Positions 20,774 through 33,641 are shown, numbered from the stretch's first letter. The stretch: DNA of 64,000 nt from a bacterium (GCA_037132055.1 JBAXPX010000001.1:5424-69423), one strand, 5' to 3'. The notes: generated by a model not told the origin, from the letters alone. Numbers and translations are program-made.

Positions 20774-21217
20774 ATGGAAACAAAGGTGTGTTTACTACTT
20801 CATTTTGAACCTTCTAAAGTAGAATGGTGCAAGAATATATTATCAGGCAAAAATATACAGATAGATTTCTGTAGAACTATGTCTGAACTTCACGAAAAGG
20901 CTCCGAAAAAACATGATTTAGCTATCATAATAGGAGAAAAATTCCATCATATGATAGGTTCAGAAAAATTTAGTTATGTAGGAGAAGTTACTGATCTTTT
21001 ACTTATAAATAAAGTTGACTTCTTAATTCTTCACAACGAAAAACCTGACTCCCGTAAAATTCTTGATTTTTTAGAAGAATTACGAGAAAAAGAAAAAAAA
21101 CTTAAAGAAAAAACTCCCTTATTTCATGACCAAAGTAATATCCCTTGGCCAGAAATTGAATCACAATACCATGCAAATGATTATGGTGGGTGGGGTGTTA
21201 ATCCAAAAGTTTTTTAA
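20774..21217 (+). CDS. Hypothetical protein
   Basis: 147-aa ORF followed by a terminator. Confidence 0.65.
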   Translation: METKVCLLLHFEPSKVEWCKNILSGKNIQIDFCRTMSELHEKAPKKHDLAIIIGEKFHHMIGSEKFSYVGEVTDLLLINKVDFLILHNEKPDSRKILDFLEELREKEKKLKEKTPLFHDQSNIPWPEIESQYHANDYGGWGVNPKVF

Positions 21218-21220
21218 ACA

Positions 21221-21250
21221 AAAGCCTTCCTTTTCAGGGAAGGCTTTTTT
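21221..21250. terminator. Bidirectional intrinsic terminator
   Basis: AAAGCCTTCC-ttttcag-GGAAGGCTTT with T-tract, between convergent genes. Confidence 0.8.
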
Positions 21251-21253
21251 ATT

Positions 21254-21946
21254 TTATGATACTAAAACCGTAAACTCCCCTTTTTGTTTTACTGGATTTT
21301 TTGTGAGATAGTCTAAAAGACTAGCTGGGCTATCTGTTTTAAACTCTTCATAAATTTTTGTTATCTCTCGAGCAATACAAACTTTTTTATCAGGGCAAAA
21401 TTTATTTAGAGATTCTAATGTTTTTAAAATCCTATGTGGCGATTCATAAAAAATCATCGTTCTCTTTGCCTCTGCTATTTCTTTAAATAAAGTTTCTCTG
21501 CCTTTTTTATGCGGTAAAAATCCTAAAAATGTAAATTCATGAGTTGTAAGACCTGAGGCAGAAAGTGCGGCTATTATAGCAGTCGCACCTGGAATCGGGA
21601 TAATATTAACTTCTTGTGAAGGACCGTCCTTCACAAGATATTTTTCTCGTATTTTTGAAATGAGAATCGCACCCGGATCGGAAATTGTCGGTGTTCCAGC
21701 ATCAGATACAAGTGCTAGATTTTTTCCTTCTTTTAGTAATTCAAAAATTTTATCTGTTTTAGATATTTTGGATTGTGCATGATAACTCATTGTCGGCTTA
21801 TTTATGGAATATTTATCAAGTAACCTTTTAGTTATTCTAGTGTCCTCACAAAGTATCAAATCCACACTTTTAAGCGTCTCCACTGCCCTATATGTAATAT
21901 CACCCATATTGCCTATCGGCGTCGCCACAACGTAAAATTTAGACAT
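21254..21946 (-). CDS. rsmI: 16S rRNA (C1402-2'-O)-methyltransferase
   Basis: VATPIGNMGDIT, SDAGTPTISDPG, YESPHR, REITK. Confidence 0.96.
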   Translation of the reverse strand: MSKFYVVATPIGNMGDITYRAVETLKSVDLILCEDTRITKRLLDKYSINKPTMSYHAQSKISKTDKIFELLKEGKNLALVSDAGTPTISDPGAILISKIREKYLVKDGPSQEVNIIPIPGATAIIAALSASGLTTHEFTFLGFLPHKKGRETLFKEIAEAKRTMIFYESPHRILKTLESLNKFCPDKKVCIAREITKIYEEFKTDSPASLLDYLTKNPVKQKGEFTVLVS

Positions 21947-22030
21947 GTTTTTTAGTATATCAGAAATAGTTTACCTTGACAATTAAAATTAACATGATAC
22001 CACAACACTGAACATCTAAAACAAATAAAT

Positions 22031-22294
22031 ATGGAGAAAAAAACATTGGACATTGCGATAAAAACTATCGCAGATCAACATGTCGAGCGAATGCTCGAGA
22101 TGTATAAAGAGACCATGAATGATAAGGAAGAGTTACGACAGGAAATAATGTGGGGTGCAGAAAAAGTAGGCTGTTCATTTAATGAATACGCAGAATTTAT
22201 GCACCTTGTGATACAAGAAACAAAAAAAGAGCTGGTCAAAAGGATCGAAGACTTTGAAAAAAAAGTAGCAGGTCTTGGAATGATCAGTGTTTAA
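22031..22294 (+). CDS. Hypothetical protein
   Basis: ORF with its own TTGACA promoter and a downstream hairpin. Confidence 0.65.
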   Translation: MEKKTLDIAIKTIADQHVERMLEMYKETMNDKEELRQEIMWGAEKVGCSFNEYAEFMHLVIQETKKELVKRIEDFEKKVAGLGMISV

Positions 22295-22347
22295 AGTATC
22301 GTATCATGTAAATCATAAGCAGCCCGAGCACAAACGGGCTGTTTTTT

Positions 22348-22629
22348 TTATTCTTTTATTAAATCTGTCAGAATTACAACATGACTTTCAGGGCGAACTT
22401 CGAGAACTCCGCCGGAAACTTTAAATTTTTTACTTGTCCTGAGTGGATTCGAAGGATCTTCAATTCCAGTTTTTAAAACAAGTTCACCATCTGCGATAGC
22501 TGACACAAGTTGTGTATGATTCGGCAAAATTTCAACAATACCAGTTTTTGTCGGCACAAATACTGCCTCTGCTTCCCCTTCATAAGCAATCTTATCTTTG
22601 CCGATAATTGTAACCTTTAGTTTTGACAT
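22348..22629 (-). CDS. atpC: ATP synthase epsilon subunit (short, N-terminal domain only)
   Basis: GIVEILPNHTQLVS, VSGGVLEV; last gene of the atp operon. Confidence 0.9.
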   Translation of the reverse strand: MSKLKVTIIGKDKIAYEGEAEAVFVPTKTGIVEILPNHTQLVSAIADGELVLKTGIEDPSNPLRTSKKFKVSGGVLEVRPESHVVILTDLIKE

Positions 22630-22630
22630 T

Positions 22631-24025
<1,395 letters not shown>

Positions 24026-24038
24026 TTAATAATAATTT

Positions 24039-24980
24039 TTAATTTGTATTTAAAGCTTCTGCTCCGGCAACTATTTCGGAAAGCTCGCGTGTTATACCAT
24101 CTTGTCTTGCATGATTATAAGAGAGCATAAGTCCCTCTAATATCGTGGTAGCACTATCTCCTGCATTCTTCATTGCAAACATTCTGGCAGAATGCTCTGA
24201 CGCGAATGCTTCAGCAAGAGTCTGATAAACGACTACATCTACAAGTCCTGGCAAAATTCCATCCAATATTGTCTCTAAATCTGGTTCAAATTTATAATCG
24301 TGAAATTTATTATTTTCTTCTTTTATGTCTGCTTCTTCGCCAGAAACATCTATAACATTTTTAACTGTCATTGGACTTATCGGGAAAAGTTCTCTTATTA
24401 CTGGCTTGTAAGTCGTGGACTTCAAAAATTCAGTATATAAAATTTTTACACTAGCATAATCACCTTCTATATATTCTTTTGTAACTAAATTACTTAATTC
24501 TTTTGTTTGTTCTATGGTTGAATATTCAGAAAAAGTTATAAAACTTGCGAAAAGCGGTATGTCCAATTTTTTACAAATTTTCTCACCATATTTACCGATA
24601 GTCACCGCTTTCGTCTCTCTGCCTCTTGATTCTTCCTTTTTTAAATATAAAGACAATGCTCGAAAAAGGTTTGCATGATATCCACCACAGAGGCCTTTAT
24701 TGCTTGTAATTACAACAATCAATTCTTTGTTTGATTTTCCTGCCACCCCGCCGACGCCAAGGCTTTGGCGGGCACGCATCAAAGGATGTGAGATATCTTT
24801 TTGACTTGATAAATTGACTAAAAGCTCCAAAGCATATCTTGAATATGCTCGCGATGCAAGAGCTTTGTCCACTGCTCGGCGCATTTTGGAAATAGAAACC
24901 ATCTCCATCGTTTTGGTGATTTTCTTAATGTTTCCAACTGACTTTATTTTTTGTTTTATAGCTTTTGTTTGAAGCGGCAT
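24039..24980 (-). CDS. atpG: ATP synthase gamma subunit
   Basis: KITKTMEMVS, KGLCGG, ARQDGITRELSEI. Confidence 0.97.
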   Translation of the reverse strand: MPLQTKAIKQKIKSVGNIKKITKTMEMVSISKMRRAVDKALASRAYSRYALELLVNLSSQKDISHPLMRARQSLGVGGVAGKSNKELIVVITSNKGLCGGYHANLFRALSLYLKKEESRGRETKAVTIGKYGEKICKKLDIPLFASFITFSEYSTIEQTKELSNLVTKEYIEGDYASVKILYTEFLKSTTYKPVIRELFPISPMTVKNVIDVSGEEADIKEENNKFHDYKFEPDLETILDGILPGLVDVVVYQTLAEAFASEHSARMFAMKNAGDSATTILEGLMLSYNHARQDGITRELSEIVAGAEALNTN

Positions 24981-25001
24981 TCTAATTTTTTATTTTTAAA
25001 A

Positions 25002-26489
25002 TTAATTCCCCATAAATTCCTTAATTGCGTTCTTTAATAAGTCCTCTATTTCTGGTGTCCAATCTTTTTCTATTTTCGCAAGCATATCTTTCTTTGATCT
25101 ATCTAAGAATGCATAGAAATTCTCTTCCCAAGCTTTGATTTCTGTAATCTCTAACTCATCCAAATATCCTTCGTTAACTGCATAAACAGAACAAACTTGT
25201 TTAGCTACCGGGATTGGAGAATATTGATTCTGTTTCAAAAGTTCTGTAACTCTTTTCCCTCTGTTAATAGCTTTTTTTGTTTCAGGATCAAGATCAGAAT
25301 CAAACTGGGCAAAAGATTCAAGTTCACGATATTGAGCCATTGCCAATTTCATTTTGCCGGCAACTTTTTTCATAGACTTAATTTGAGCTGAAGATCCTAC
25401 GCGAGATACAGAAAGTCCTACGTTAATAGCTGGACGAATTCCTTTGTTAAATAAACTTGTTTCCAAGAAAATTTGTCCATCGGTAATAGAAATAACGTTT
25501 GTAGGAATATAAGCCGACACATCACCAGCTTGAGTCTCAATAATAGGTAGTGCTGTAATCGAACCACCTCCATAATTTTTATTTAAACGACATGCACGCT
25601 CCAATAAACGAGAATGTAAATAGAAAACATCTCCAGGATAAGCTTCGCGACCTGGTGGACGGCGAAGTAGGAGAGAAATTTCTCGATATGCTACGGCATG
25701 TTTTGATAAATCATCATAAATAATTAAAACATCTTTCCCTTTATCTAGGAAATATTCTCCAAGTGCGCATCCAGAATACGGAGCAAGATATGAAAATGCG
25801 GGACCGTCAGACGATCCAGCTGAAACTATAATTGTGTAATCCATTGCTCCTGCTTCTTTTAGTTTTGAAACTATACGCGCGATTTTAGATTGCTTTTGTG
25901 AAATTGCTACATAAATACAAATAAGGTTTTGTCCTTTTTGATTTATTATAGTGTCGATAGCTATAGCTGTTTTACCAGTTTGTCTATCTCCGATAATAAG
26001 CTCACGCTGACCACGGCCAATCGGAATCATGGCATCAATTGATTTTAACCCAGTCTGCACAGGAGTTTTTACAGGTTCACGAGTCATGACACCAGATGCG
26101 ATTTTTTCAACAGGATAAATTGCATCTTCTTTTATAGCACCACGTTCATCAATAGGAGCACCAAGAGGATTTACAACCCGACCGATGAATTTCTCACCGA
26201 CAGGAATAGAAAGAATTTTATTTGTTCGCTTTACGGTTTCCCCTTCTTTGATCTTAGAAAAATCTCCGAGAACAATAGCTCCCACGGAGTCTTCTTCTAA
26301 GTTGAGCGCAAGACCAACTGCACCAGACTCAAACGAGATCATTTCGGATGACTGACATTTTGTTAACCCTGAAATCTTTGCGATTCCGTCTGAAATACTC
26401 ATCACAGTACCATATTCATACATTTGGGCCCCACCTTGGAAACCTGCAATTCTCTTTTTTAAATTTTCTATTGTTGTGTTTGCGCTCAT
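25002..26489 (-). CDS. atpA: ATP synthase alpha subunit
   Basis: [20 protein letters not shown]. Confidence 0.98.
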   Translation of the reverse strand: MSANTTIENLKKRIAGFQGGAQMYEYGTVMSISDGIAKISGLTKCQSSEMISFESGAVGLALNLEEDSVGAIVLGDFSKIKEGETVKRTNKILSIPVGEKFIGRVVNPLGAPIDERGAIKEDAIYPVEKIASGVMTREPVKTPVQTGLKSIDAMIPIGRGQRELIIGDRQTGKTAIAIDTIINQKGQNLICIYVAISQKQSKIARIVSKLKEAGAMDYTIIVSAGSSDGPAFSYLAPYSGCALGEYFLDKGKDVLIIYDDLSKHAVAYREISLLLRRPPGREAYPGDVFYLHSRLLERACRLNKNYGGGSITALPIIETQAGDVSAYIPTNVISITDGQIFLETSLFNKGIRPAINVGLSVSRVGSSAQIKSMKKVAGKMKLAMAQYRELESFAQFDSDLDPETKKAINRGKRVTELLKQNQYSPIPVAKQVCSVYAVNEGYLDELEITEIKAWEENFYAFLDRSKKDMLAKIEKDWTPEIEDLLKNAIKEFMGN

Positions 26490-26501
26490 ATTTTTATAAT
26501 A

Positions 26502-26897
26502 TTATTTTATAATTAATTCTTCTAATTTTTTTAATCCTGTCATAACGCTAGAGTCATAAATAACTCCATTAAACTTTCCTCTGAATCCTCCTATTAATTC
26601 TTTTTTTATTTTTACTACTTCTGGTTTTCTTGAAACATCCGAGCCTGGTGAAATTTTTTCTAGAAAGCTTTTTATTTTATTCACAGTATCAGTAGATATC
26701 TCGTGGGCAACTTCTATTTGCACACCTTTCTTTTCAAGATCAAGTTGCACAATTCTTTCTAAGTGATAAAGAATAGATGGCATCTGTGCTTTTAAATTCC
26801 TTTTTTCTATAAAATCAAAAAATTTAGCATCAAGATTTTCAACCTTCTCGTTGGAAAGTTCAAATAATGCTTGTGCTAATTGTTTTGATTTAATCAT
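26502..26897 (-). CDS. atpH: ATP synthase delta subunit (short)
   Basis: ELIGGF...YDSSV motif; position between atpF and atpA. Confidence 0.85.
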   Translation of the reverse strand: MIKSKQLAQALFELSNEKVENLDAKFFDFIEKRNLKAQMPSILYHLERIVQLDLEKKGVQIEVAHEISTDTVNKIKSFLEKISPGSDVSRKPEVVKIKKELIGGFRGKFNGVIYDSSVMTGLKKLEELIIK

Positions 26898-27397
26898 TAT
26901 TTTACGGGTGAATTTAACATTGCTTTGATAATATCCTCTCCCTTACCTTTTTCTACGTAACCTTCGATAACCTTACGAACACCATCAGAAACTAAGACTG
27001 CAGCATCTTTGCGAACTTGTTCGTCTGCGTTCTTTTTTTCTTTTTCTGCATCAAGTTTTGCCTGCTTAATGATTTCTTCTTTTTCAGAAATAGCTTTATC
27101 TTTTGCTTCTTTTACTATCTCCTTGCCATCTGCTTGTGAAGTAGAAATTATTTGCTTTGCACTTTCTTTTCCTTCTCTGATGATTTCTTCTTTTTTGATG
27201 TTTGCATTTTGAACTTCGAGTTTTGCTTTTTCTGCATTATCTAGCCCATCAGTTATTTCCTTTGTTCTATCTTTCATTAATTTACTAAGTGGTTTTGCCG
27301 CCAACCAATAAATCAACGCAAAAACAAGCCCAAAGTTTACAATTTGTGCAATCATCAACTTCCAGTCTATATGAAATGTTGTTATTAATTCTTGCAT
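26897..27397 (-). CDS. atpF: ATP synthase subunit b
   Basis: AQIVNFGLV TM helix plus coiled coil; start trimmed to MQELITT. Confidence 0.93.
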   Translation of the reverse strand: MQELITTFHIDWKLMIAQIVNFGLVFALIYWLAAKPLSKLMKDRTKEITDGLDNAEKAKLEVQNANIKKEEIIREGKESAKQIISTSQADGKEIVKEAKDKAISEKEEIIKQAKLDAEKEKKNADEQVRKDAAVLVSDGVRKVIEGYVEKGKGEDIIKAMLNSPVK

Positions 27398-27426
27398 GAT
27401 TTTTAATTCCAATTTCATTTAAAATT

Positions 27427-27494
27427 AAAAATTTCAAGAGTCGTGGGTCCCCTTGTCCTTATGACTCCAAGGGCGAAGGCTCAGAAATTTTTGA
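27427..27494. repeat. 68-bp dispersed structured repeat, copy 1
   Basis: Matches 37206..37273 with 2 mismatches. Confidence 0.9.
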
Positions 27495-27509
27495 ATTTTA
27501 AAAGAAATA

Positions 27510-27815
<306 letters not shown>

Positions 27816-27846
27816 CTAATAATATTTCGACTAATTTTTAATAATT

Positions 27847-28734
27847 TTAAACACTTGCTAATACTTGATTCTCTTTATGTTCGTGCTCATCGTGTTCGGA
27901 ATGATCTTGTGATGCTATCGTAAAGTAAACCGTAGCGAGTAAAGAAAAAATCAAAGCTTGGATTAAGCCAACAAATATTTCTAAGAAAAGAAATGGTCCT
28001 GGCACAACGTATGCAAATATTGCCCCCATCGATACTAAAAGCACTTCCCCTGCAAATACATTGCCGAACAATCGAAAAGAGAGTGAAGCTATTTTTGCCA
28101 ATTCTCCTAAAAGCTCAAGAAGTCCGACAAAAAAAGTGATTGGCGCAACGATAAGCACGCTAGGGTCTTTTCTGATCTTAAATGGAATCTCTGCAAGTGC
28201 TTTCAAATTAACATATTTATTAAAGCTTTTCCATAAACCGACAACAATAATTCCAAATAGGTTTGACCCTATAACTACCATAATACTGAGTGCTAATGTA
28301 GTATTTATATCAGCTGTTCCAGAACGTAAAAATGGCACAAAGAAAGAATGCGCTCCTTCTGTCGCAACTAAACCTATTGACCCTAAAACAGGCAACAACC
28401 CAAGCCAATTATTTATTAAAATAAAAAGGAAAATAGAAAATATAAATGGAAAAATTTTCAAAGAAAGCTTTCTGTCATTCGTAACCTGATCACAAAGCGA
28501 TAATGCACCTTCCAAAACAACCTCAAACATATTTTGAAGTTTCCCTGGTATTTTTTTTAGTTTTAATCGTATTGCGAGAGCAAGTGCGAGTACTACAAGT
28601 ACTGCTAGCCAAGAAGTAAGAAGAGAGTTTGTTATTTGAAAATTACCTATATGAAAAATCGGCTCGGCATATATAGTCACTTCGTGACTAATTTCTTTTA
28701 CTACTGTGTTATTTTCTAAATTATTATTTGTCAT
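27847..28734 (-). CDS. atpB: ATP synthase subunit a
   Basis: SLSFRLFGNVFAGE, IQALIFSLL. Confidence 0.96.
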   Translation of the reverse strand: MTNNNLENNTVVKEISHEVTIYAEPIFHIGNFQITNSLLTSWLAVLVVLALALAIRLKLKKIPGKLQNMFEVVLEGALSLCDQVTNDRKLSLKIFPFIFSIFLFILINNWLGLLPVLGSIGLVATEGAHSFFVPFLRSGTADINTTLALSIMVVIGSNLFGIIVVGLWKSFNKYVNLKALAEIPFKIRKDPSVLIVAPITFFVGLLELLGELAKIASLSFRLFGNVFAGEVLLVSMGAIFAYVVPGPFLFLEIFVGLIQALIFSLLATVYFTIASQDHSEHDEHEHKENQVLASV

Positions 28735-28984
28735 TTTTTTTTATTTTCAAATCCTTTTTATACTGATTTATTTCTCTGTAAATTCCAAAACAGGTTATCC
28801 CAAATCCGATCATTAAACAAATAAAAAATATAAATTGGCTTCCTATTGATTCACTAACATACTTTCCTAAAAAAACAGCTAAAATCAAAGGAATTATGAT
28901 CCAAGAGGTTGTTTTAACATAAAAAACAACCACGGGTTTCCATAAAGCCCAATTTTTATTTGAATTATTGCTATCTTGCTCCAT
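28724..28984 (-). CDS. AtpZ/AtpI-like membrane protein
   Basis: Two TM helices, first gene of the atp operon. Confidence 0.7.
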   Translation of the reverse strand: MEQDSNNSNKNWALWKPVVVFYVKTTSWIIIPLILAVFLGKYVSESIGSQFIFFICLMIGFGITCFGIYREINQYKKDLKIKKNDK

Positions 28985-29046
28985 AAAAATAAAAGCCGTT
29001 CGGCTTTCACTTGCATTATATGATAAATATAATCAAGATGCAATTG

Positions 29047-29118
29047 TGAGCATGGAAGGAATCGGACCTTCGACCTCTGTCTTATCAGGACAGCGTTCTA
29101 CCACTGAACTACATGCTC
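29047..29118 (-). tRNA. tRNA-Ile(GAT)
   Basis: GAGCATG/CATGCTC acceptor, CTGTC-CTGATAA-GACAG anticodon arm; T-loop TCCGATT. Confidence 0.9.
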
Positions 29119-29260
29119 AAACTAAATGACAAGGAACCCTTTCTTAAAAGTCAGAACTTCTTTTTAAAAAATCGAAGCATAAAAAATATAACAAAAAAGA
29201 TACATTTAAGCAAACAAAAAATCGCCCTTAGGCGATTTTTTGTTTTAAAGTCTTTGAAAA

Positions 29261-29593
29261 TTAGTACTCTCGGCGACCACCGCGGTTTCCACCACCATAA
29301 CCACCATTTCCTCCTCCGAATCCACCAGTTCGTGGTGGACGAGCTTCCATTGGGCGAGCTTCATTTACTGTAAGCTTACGTCCTTCGAATTCTTGTCCAT
29401 TGAACATTGAGACAGCATTTTGTGCTTCTGCATCTGTTGACATTTCAACGAATCCAAAACCTTTTGAGCGACCGGACATTTTGTCCATGATAATCACAGC
29501 AGATGTAACGTTACCTGCTTGTGCGAAGTGCTCTTTTAAAGCATCCTCTTGAGTGCTGTAAGGGAGACCCCCTACGTATAGCTTTGTAGCCAT
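29261..29593 (-). CDS. RRM RNA-binding protein with Gly-rich tail
   Basis: KLYVGGL (RNP2), KGFGFVEM (RNP1). Confidence 0.95.
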   Translation of the reverse strand: MATKLYVGGLPYSTQEDALKEHFAQAGNVTSAVIIMDKMSGRSKGFGFVEMSTDAEAQNAVSMFNGQEFEGRKLTVNEARPMEARPPRTGGFGGGNGGYGGGNRGGRREY

Positions 29594-29871
29594 TTTTAAT
29601 CTCTCCCGTTTTAATAAACGGGCAAAAACTATTTATAATGCGTAGGTGCTCTGACCGCTTACTTGGTTTCGTTGATGCCTGCCCTTCCGAAGCTTTACGC
29701 GAAGGAGGGCCAAACCATTCAAAACTCACAATTAAAACTTAAAAAGCTTATTGAGAAACTACCCTGCAATCGTAGCACAAATCTATAAAAATAGCAACAT
29801 CGTGTGTATAAATAAATATTAAATTATATAAAATAATAGCCCCGTTTGTGCTATGCACAAACGGGGCTTGT

Positions 29872-30147
29872 TTATTCTCTTTTTGATATTGCGTTTATCG
29901 CGCTAAAAATCAGCGCGAATATGAACACAGTGACCCCTGTGGTCACTAGGGTTGGGTTCACCAACTCCATTTTGGATATATTTACTCCTCCTCCAATAAG
30001 GAGGATAGAACACCCAAATGTGATCAAAATCCAGCCCCATGAGTGTTTTTGGGGATTGGGGTTTTTGTCATGTTTAAGGGCAATCAACACCCCTAAAATT
30101 AATAACCCTATCCCTAGGGCTACAACAACAGTACTCATGTTTATCAT
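29872..30147 (-). CDS. Small three-TM hypothetical protein
   Basis: Three hydrophobic segments, own TTGACA promoter and terminator. Confidence 0.65.
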   Translation of the reverse strand: MINMSTVVVALGIGLLILGVLIALKHDKNPNPQKHSWGWILITFGCSILLIGGGVNISKMELVNPTLVTTGVTVFIFALIFSAINAISKRE

Positions 30148-30244
30148 ATTTTATTGTTTTTAAGGTTTCCGCAAAGAGTATATCACCTTTTACCTCATTT
30201 GTCAAGGTAGCCGTTATAATCTGAGCAAGGCAAGGCCTTGCTCA

Positions 30245-31216
30245 TTATTCTTCGTCCTCGTTCCCTGTTTCACCAGATTCCAATGAATCAATAATTTTTC
30301 CCATATTACCTTCCATGATAGTTGGAATATTTGACCAAGATTTTTTAATACGATGATCAGTAATCCGATCCTGAGGAAAATTATAAGTACGAATTTTTTC
30401 AGATCTATCACCAGTGCCAATCTGATCTTTTCTAACTCCTGCATATTTTTTTGCCTCTTCTTCTTCTTTTAATTGTTGAATCTTGGCAGTTAAAATCATT
30501 AGAGCTTTTTCACGATTTGCAAGTTGACTTCGCTCATTTGTGGAGCGCACATCAAGCCCTGTCGGTTTATGAATCAAGCGTACAGCTGTCTCAACTTTAT
30601 TTACATTCTGCCCTCCTTTCCCGCCAGAACGTGAATATTCCATTTCTAAATCAGCAGGATTGATCTCAAATAAAACTTTTTTCCTAATTGGCAGAATAGC
30701 CACAGAAGCAGTAGATGTATGCACTCGTCCATTCTTCTCGGTTGCGGGAACTCTCTGTACTCGATGCACACCCGTCTCATGCCGCATTTTTTTATAAACA
30801 TCCTTACCTTTTATTTCAAAACTCGCTTCTTTATAACCATTCAAATCACTTTTTGATTCATAGTTTGTTTTCCAACTCCATCCCTCTATTTCAGAATATT
30901 TTTCATACATATGCGCTAGCTCCCAAGCAAAAAGTGAAGCTTCATCTCCACCAGCACCCGCTCTAACTTCGAGTACTATTTCATTTGGTGATTCTTCTTC
31001 CTCTACATCTTTCTTTAGAATATCTTCTATTTGTTTTTCTGTATTTTCTCTTTGTTCTTGAATTGATTTTAATTCTCCATCAACCATTTCTTTCAAAGAA
31101 ACATCTTTGGTAAGAATTTCTCTAATTTCTTTTTCTTCTTTATCTAGACGCTCCAAAATACCAGCTAAGTAGCTTGTTTTGTGATTTTTCTTTAGTTCAT
31201 CGAGATTTAAAGTCAT
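30245..31216 (-). CDS. prfA: Peptide chain release factor 1
   Basis: PAT motif (RVPATE), [14 protein letters not shown]; start trimmed to MTLNL after TGTATAAT. Confidence 0.95.
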   Translation of the reverse strand: MTLNLDELKKNHKTSYLAGILERLDKEEKEIREILTKDVSLKEMVDGELKSIQEQRENTEKQIEDILKKDVEEEESPNEIVLEVRAGAGGDEASLFAWELAHMYEKYSEIEGWSWKTNYESKSDLNGYKEASFEIKGKDVYKKMRHETGVHRVQRVPATEKNGRVHTSTASVAILPIRKKVLFEINPADLEMEYSRSGGKGGQNVNKVETAVRLIHKPTGLDVRSTNERSQLANREKALMILTAKIQQLKEEEEAKKYAGVRKDQIGTGDRSEKIRTYNFPQDRITDHRIKKSWSNIPTIMEGNMGKIIDSLESGETGNEDEE

Positions 31217-31236
31217 ATTGTTATTATACATTAAAA

Positions 31237-31331
31237 CTCCCCTCCTTGATGAGGAGGGGCTGGGGGTGGTGATTCTTTTAATTACCACCTCGTCTTGATA
31301 AATCAAGACACTCCTCCTTGGTAAGGAGGAG
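31237..31331. repeat. REP-like multi-hairpin element between rpmE and prfA
   Basis: CCCCTCCTTGATGAGGAGGGG, GGTGGTGATT..AATTACCACC, GTCTTGAT..ATCAAGAC and CTCCTCCTTGGTAAGGAGGAG hairpins. Confidence 0.7.
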
Positions 31332-31335
31332 AACC

Positions 31336-31554
31336 TTATTTCTTAGCTTTTACAGATGCAGCTCGACGTTTATTGAAACGTTCTACTCGTCCAGCAGTGT
31401 CCATTATTTTTTCATTACCAGTATAAAAAGGATGACATTGGCTGCAAATTTCCATTTTGATTTCTGACATTGTTGAACCAACTTCAAAAACTGCTCCACA
31501 AGCGCAAGTGGCTTTTGTTTTAGTGTTAAATTTTGGATGTATATCTTTTTTCAT
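31336..31554 (-). CDS. rpmE: 50S ribosomal protein L31
   Basis: [27 protein letters not shown]. Confidence 0.97.
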   Translation of the reverse strand: MKKDIHPKFNTKTKATCACGAVFEVGSTMSEIKMEICSQCHPFYTGNEKIMDTAGRVERFNKRRAASVKAKK

Positions 31555-31577
31555 TGTTAAAAAACATTAACATAAAT

Positions 31578-32954
31578 TTAATATGAAAGCAAATCAATAT
31601 CTGCCTGAATTTTATTTTTTAAAGCAATAACACTTCTACTATAAGAACATGTAGACCCCCCAGAACCATAATACTTACAAGCTGCTCTTGATTGAGCACT
31701 GACGCTATTGCCGACAGCTCCTAGATCGGTCAAATACATAGAAGAAGCCATAAAGGCATCCTCTGGTTCCCATGGATTTGGATAATGACCTAAAATCGAT
31801 TGCAAGCGATCTATAAATATTTGCCAAGTCGAAGGAATAAATTGAGCAGGGCCCATAGCTCCCCCATAACCTTTTACTCCAGCGATTGGACAAGACACAG
31901 TGGTATCAAATGGATTGAAGTTTAATTTTTTAGTAATCTCCACAAAAGGATCTATGTCGCGTCCTGGTTTCATTAGATTTGTCCAAATTTTTTGTGTAGC
32001 ACGATTTATACCATATCCAGCTTTAGGCCCTACTATGTCAGTCAAATAACATTTACCAACATTGGAACCAAGGTTGCTTTCTTGGGTAAGAATAGCGAGC
32101 AGAAACGCTGGATCAATCCCGTTTTTACTCTTAGCTTCATTGGCATATAAAAGAGCTGTACCGAACGGAATACCTTTTGCCAAACCTGCGAGTGAGAATA
32201 ATGCGTTACGAATTTTATCTGCTCTTGCTTTTTTCTCAGCTAAGACTTTTTGGTAATCACTTTCTTTTTGTTTACTAATGGCTAGCAATTTTTTCTTTTC
32301 GGTTTCTGATTGGGTAACTTTTTTTTGTGCAAGTTCAAGCTCAGCCTTAGCGTCTGATTCAGCATCTTGTTTTTTTTGTAAATCAGCTTTTTGGGCTTCT
32401 GTTTCAGTCTTTATCCCAGTTATATCTTCGACTGATTTTTTGATCGCCTGCTTTATAGAAGCATAAGATTCTAGATCACTATAAAATCCAGATAGTGTCT
32501 CATCCGAAAAGATCAAGTGAATAAAATTTTGATTGTCAGCTTCATTTGTATTGCGAAGTAGTTGCCCCAATGATTGTTTTTCACTTTCAATTTTTTGAGA
32601 TAAATTTTTTATAGTTGTAGATTTTTCACTTATTGAAACCTTCAGTGTCGCTATGGCCAATGCCCTTGATTTTATTTTTGCTTTGAGCGCATTGATTTGA
32701 CTAGTTAAAAATTTAATATCACCTGTTATTGTACCTGTTTGTTTAGTTTGTTCTGCTAGTTGGCTCTCAAAAGCTGCCACTTGGGCAAGCAGTTGATTTA
32801 ATTCACTTTGACAAAACTGCTTTTGATCATTTGAAGAATTATTATTTAAATCAACAACACAATCAAAAGAAAAAGTCGTTCTTGGTATTCCAAAAGTAAT
32901 AAAAATAGCAAAAACAAAAAAAGCTATGACCATATTTCGCATCATAACTTTCAT
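31578..32954 (-). CDS. Exported coiled-coil protein with lytic transglycosylase domain
   Basis: Signal peptide, long coiled coil, AILTQES and GAMGPAQFIPSTW. Confidence 0.85.
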   Translation of the reverse strand: MKVMMRNMVIAFFVFAIFITFGIPRTTFSFDCVVDLNNNSSNDQKQFCQSELNQLLAQVAAFESQLAEQTKQTGTITGDIKFLTSQINALKAKIKSRALAIATLKVSISEKSTTIKNLSQKIESEKQSLGQLLRNTNEADNQNFIHLIFSDETLSGFYSDLESYASIKQAIKKSVEDITGIKTETEAQKADLQKKQDAESDAKAELELAQKKVTQSETEKKKLLAISKQKESDYQKVLAEKKARADKIRNALFSLAGLAKGIPFGTALLYANEAKSKNGIDPAFLLAILTQESNLGSNVGKCYLTDIVGPKAGYGINRATQKIWTNLMKPGRDIDPFVEITKKLNFNPFDTTVSCPIAGVKGYGGAMGPAQFIPSTWQIFIDRLQSILGHYPNPWEPEDAFMASSMYLTDLGAVGNSVSAQSRAACKYYGSGGSTCSYSRSVIALKNKIQADIDLLSY

Positions 32955-32975
32955 TATAACATATTTTAGGATTTT

Positions 32976-33641
32976 CTATTTACTTTTCTCTTCTTTAGGT
33001 GAAACTTCAGCTTCTGCCCCTTCTTCTTCTTTCTTACCTTTCTTTTCAACTTCTATTTTCGAAAGATCAACTGGTTCTACTACTTCTTCTTTTTCTTCTT
33101 TTTGTTCAGCGATAGAAGCCACAACTTCACTGCCTTTTGTAATCATTGTAACTCCAGTAGGAATTTTTATATCAGAAACCAAGATAAGGCTATCTAATGA
33201 AACCAAACTTGAAATATCAACAATAAAATTGTGAGGTAAATCTTTAGGCAATGCCTCAATTTCAACTTCATATAGAACTTTTACAAGTGTTCCCAAGCCA
33301 CTTTTTACAGCATCAGAAATTCCTGAAAATTCAAGTGGAATTTTAACTTTGATTTTCTTATCCATGTCTATCACCAAAAAGTCCACATGAATAGGCTCAT
33401 TCGTAACTGGATCTACCTGTACATCGTGAATAAGAGTATCAACTGAAATTTTTGGTCCAGTTATCTTGACAGTAGAAGATTCCCCAGCTTTTTCCCAAGC
33501 TTTTTTGAATTCTACAATTGATATAGAAATAGGCGTAGATTTATTGCCCATACCATAAAAGACGGCTGGCAATTCGCCTGATTTTCTTAAATTTTTGAGG
33601 TCTAAATTTAGATCTCGTGTTTTTGCAGTTAAAGATAACAT
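32976..33641 (-). CDS. rplY: 50S ribosomal protein L25/Ctc
   Basis: LPAVFYG, VQVDPV..PIHVDF, EALPKDLP. Confidence 0.95.
   Translation of the reverse strand: MLSLTAKTRDLNLDLKNLRKSGELPAVFYGMGNKSTPISISIVEFKKAWEKAGESSTVKITGPKISVDTLIHDVQVDPVTNEPIHVDFLVIDMDKKIKVKIPLEFSGISDAVKSGLGTLVKVLYEVEIEALPKDLPHNFIVDISSLVSLDSLILVSDIKIPTGVTMITKGSEVVASIAEQKEEKEEVVEPVDLSKIEVEKKGKKEEEGAEAEVSPKEEKSK

Noticed and set aside
31217-31306. N-terminal extension of PrfA (MIYQDEVV...PSPSSSRRG)
   Set aside because: Translation of an upstream palindromic repeat; a -10 box supports the downstream MTLNL start.
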